DNA of 64,000 nucleotides from Bilabrum cf. latius. Lineage: Eukaryota. The notes under the pieces are model-generated. The model was not told the DNA's origin. It saw only the letters and a program-made list of their open reading frames with translations, and did no database searches. Positions 61,540 through 64,000 of the stretch are shown in pieces. Position numbers and translations under genes: made by a program. The stretch is taken from the NCBI GenBank assembly GCA_965178125.1, contig OZ237743.1, positions 992,001-1,056,000 of the forward strand, written 5' to 3'. Position 1 is the first letter of the stretch. Each line of letters starts with the position of its first letter.

Positions 61540-62100
61540 CATGCTACTCCTATGCTTGGATTTTGCTTGTTGTGACTGACATCGTGACTTCCATGAAAGC
61601 TTCTTTTACAGACTCAACCACCCAAATACAACCAGACATGGCATCGAACACAGAGCCGTCGCCATGTGCCTGAATCCACCGATGGATTTGTCCACCAGCG
61701 GAGACACACAACGAATTCTCCGGGCCCGGGCGGGTGGGAAAAGAATTCAAGACGATCTGTCAGTCCTGAGCTCTTCCACCCCGAATGGAGGCGATTGACT
61801 GGAGAAATGCCAACCTCCACTCTTCGTGGCCTGCCTCTTCCGTTAATCAGATTACGATGTCTAACGCTACAATTCCTCTTCCCACCTACGGACAAGGTGT
61901 TGCGGCGTTCTCCTTCTTCGCAGAGCCATCCTCATCGCACAGACGCTTATCATCTCATTTGACGTCAACAACGAATCAGACTCTGTCTCCTTAATACCAT
62001 GTTCTGGCGGTCGTGGCTTGCGTTTGGACGATCCTAATTGCTCGAGACTGGCCTGTCGACGCATAGGACCGCACAGTGTCCAGGCCCGGCAGGACTGGGT
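61540..62100 (+). pseudogene. Possible decayed papain-family (cathepsin Z-like) remnant
   Basis: LPPRMEAIDWRNAN..VNQ..PTYGQGVAAFS..TLSP*Y resembles C1A LPxxxDWRN..NQ..PxYCGSCWAFS..LSPQ. Catalytic Cys absent; several TGA/TAA stops. Confidence 0.3.
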
Positions 62101-62475
62101 GCTGCCTTCTCCTTGACTATGCTAGCCTGTGGCGACGTTCAGGTAACGTCTACTCTCTGGTGGGCTAGGAGTATGAAGACAAGGACAACAACAGCATCAT
62201 CTCCACTGGCAGCCCGCCGGCTTGTCTGGCGTGAGTGCCTTGGCTTGGGCAATTTCGAACGACAAACTGTGTCGAGGCTGTGGTGCCGTCCTAAGTAGAG
62301 CCAATGAGCTATGTCGTAGTTGCTTAACTCCGGGGGCAGTCAAGTTGAAGTCGCACGTGCCACAAGGGGGTTGCATCCGAGGTGGTCAAAAAGGTCAAAC
62401 TTTTTTGAAGATGAAGCGATACAATTATTGCCAGCAACTCATATTTCGTGGATTTTGAGCAGGCAACATATCATA

Positions 62476-64000
62476 ATGCCATCTCGTACAGGAATTGCTG
62501 CATTATTGGTCACAGCTTGCGAGCCGTTTCTAGATCAGCGCTCCATTAAGGCTATCAGATGCACCTGCCGGCGATTGCAAAGTGGCACCTCTAGACGTCG
62601 AACAAGCAGTGACAACGCTGTAAAAGAGACAGCACTGAACGTTAGTTCTGCATCTGGAGCATGGAAAGTTGCGTACGGTCGGGTATGTAGATCAGGTCAG
62701 ACAACGTTGGTGCCTGCCAGCCCCGTGGTGAGAGCGCATTGTTGGCATTCATTAGCTGAGTCTAGACAGCAGCATAGTGCTAGTGATAACCCTTAGCATA
62801 GAGATATCAGGGTTGGTCCCGAAGGATCGCTGATCAAGTTCGGTAGCTTCTCAGAGTGCAGTCCAAGCTGCCTGTCAACCTTCCCGCTTGAGGCTGCCAA
62901 TATTAGCGGATCAATCGACCAATACAGTGAAGTTGCATGCGTTAGCACAGCAATCTCACTACGAGCGCTCGGAATATCACATCTACATGCCTGCACAACT
63001 GCCAAAAGTCGTGCTCTTCGACGCATTCTCCAATCTGCAAGGAGTATTCGCTGCCTGTCTCTGGGTTACGGCAGGGTTCAGTCAAATGCAACCCGAGACT
63101 TTGTAATTCCCGATAAAATTGTGTTGGAGAAGAGCGTATGGAGAGCTCGGGCGGTGCATCGGTGGGCTTCGACTCTGGCAGATGCCCAGCACTCGCTTGC
63201 AGTCCGTGCTTTAGCCACGCCGCCAGCATGCGACCGGCATTCGATTGGGACGCATTTAGTCAATGTACAAGGGTGTAAGACAGCTCTAAAAGTCGGGAAT
63301 AGCGATGAAGCTGCCGAGAGAGGAGCTTCAGGCGGTTCAGGACGCGGTAGCACTAGCTGTCCGGGCGGCGCTCACCGACCGGAGAGCAGAAAAGCCCCGA
63401 TACACAGCAAAGCATATGATGGAACGTGGTCAAGCGGTTCATCATTACGGCACATTGCGGTCCAGAAGGTACCCAGAGGCTTGTTTAGAGCACCAGCACT
63501 TGGTGCCCTCCTCGGAGCCATGCCGCAGCACATGCAGCAATGGACATGTAGTACTACTAGTAGTAGTGCAAATGCGACTGCCGATTTGATCCGTGCCAAT
63601 CCCAAGCTTTACCTTTGTTGGGATCTCCGCACACTGGTGCTACCCGCCTCGCGCACATGGAGAGACGCCCAGGCCCAGGCTCGTCTGCTGTCCTTGTGCC
63701 CTCGGTTGATCGCTCTGAGAGCAGTGAGGCTGCCGTTCAGGGCGGTGCGACTCCCATTCGACTTAGAGCAGAGAGGAGAGCTATGGTACTGGAAGAATAA
63801 CCCCGTGGCGCGCAAGGGGCGGTATAGACCGCGTAAGTGGAGAGACTCCGGATACATGAAGGGACAGGCACTTAGACAGGTCATTGAAGCTGCCTCCCGC
63901 TGGGTATGCACGGTGCTGGACAGCTGCCCAGAGCTCCGCTGCCTTAGCCTGCCAGGCATGGCACCGGAGGGCGCGGCTGGTGTGCTGCTGGGCGTGCTGA
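62476..64000 (+). CDS. F-box-like/LRR-like protein, 3' end outside window
   Basis: ALLVTACEPFLDQRSIKAIRCTCRRL (F-box-like); IRCLSLG, LRHIAV, LRTLVLP, CPELRCLSLPG. Frame +1 is open from 62476 to the window end with a single TAG at 62794. Confidence 0.7.

Noticed and set aside
1-64000. Window-wide pseudogenisation or sequencing error as the cause of broken ORFs
   Set aside because: Interruptions are exclusively TAG and always frame-preserving. Decay or error would also give TAA, TGA and frameshifts, as seen only at 59-62 kb.
1-64000. Pyrrolysine insertion or programmed readthrough at UAG
   Set aside because: TAGs are numerous, sometimes tandem, mostly at variable positions and without a shared downstream context. 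No pyl genes are seen in the window.
1-64000. Ciliate-type code (UAA and UAG both Gln)
   Set aside because: No in-frame TAA in intact genes, and three genes end on TAA followed by non-coding-looking sequence.
1-64000. tRNA (including a CUA suppressor), rRNA, CRISPR array, autonomous transposon or endogenous virophage
   Set aside because: No cloverleaf, rRNA-like sequence, repeat-spacer array, or RT, integrase, transposase or capsid motifs recognised by eye. A tRNAscan-SE or HMM run would be needed to exclude them formally.

Overview
GC-rich, gene-dense eukaryotic nuclear DNA with short GT-AG introns and 100-300 bp intergenic spacers. Cilium-type genes (NME7-like, EF-hand/WD40, TOG) suggest a flagellated protist; a heterotrophic stramenopile is only a guess. 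The main result is a non-standard genetic code. Nearly every gene looks fragmented in the ORF track because it is interrupted in frame by TAG (more than 100 by hand count), while no intact gene model has an internal TAA or TGA and every complete model ends on TAA or TGA. Reading TAG as sense joins the fragments into 19 coherent genes and restores conserved catalytic motifs lying downstream of TAGs. Sequence context points to UAG=Gln with UAA still a stop, a rare decoupling of UAA and UAG. Other items: a ~3.2 kb block carrying an LRR-ankyrin gene between ~157 bp direct repeats that duplicate a host gene 3' end, a candidate MITE and a related 22 bp palindrome, a dispersed repeat inserted in an F-box-like pseudogene, tandem F-box/LRR-like paralogues, and several unusual domain architectures. 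All gene models were read by hand; no database searches were run.
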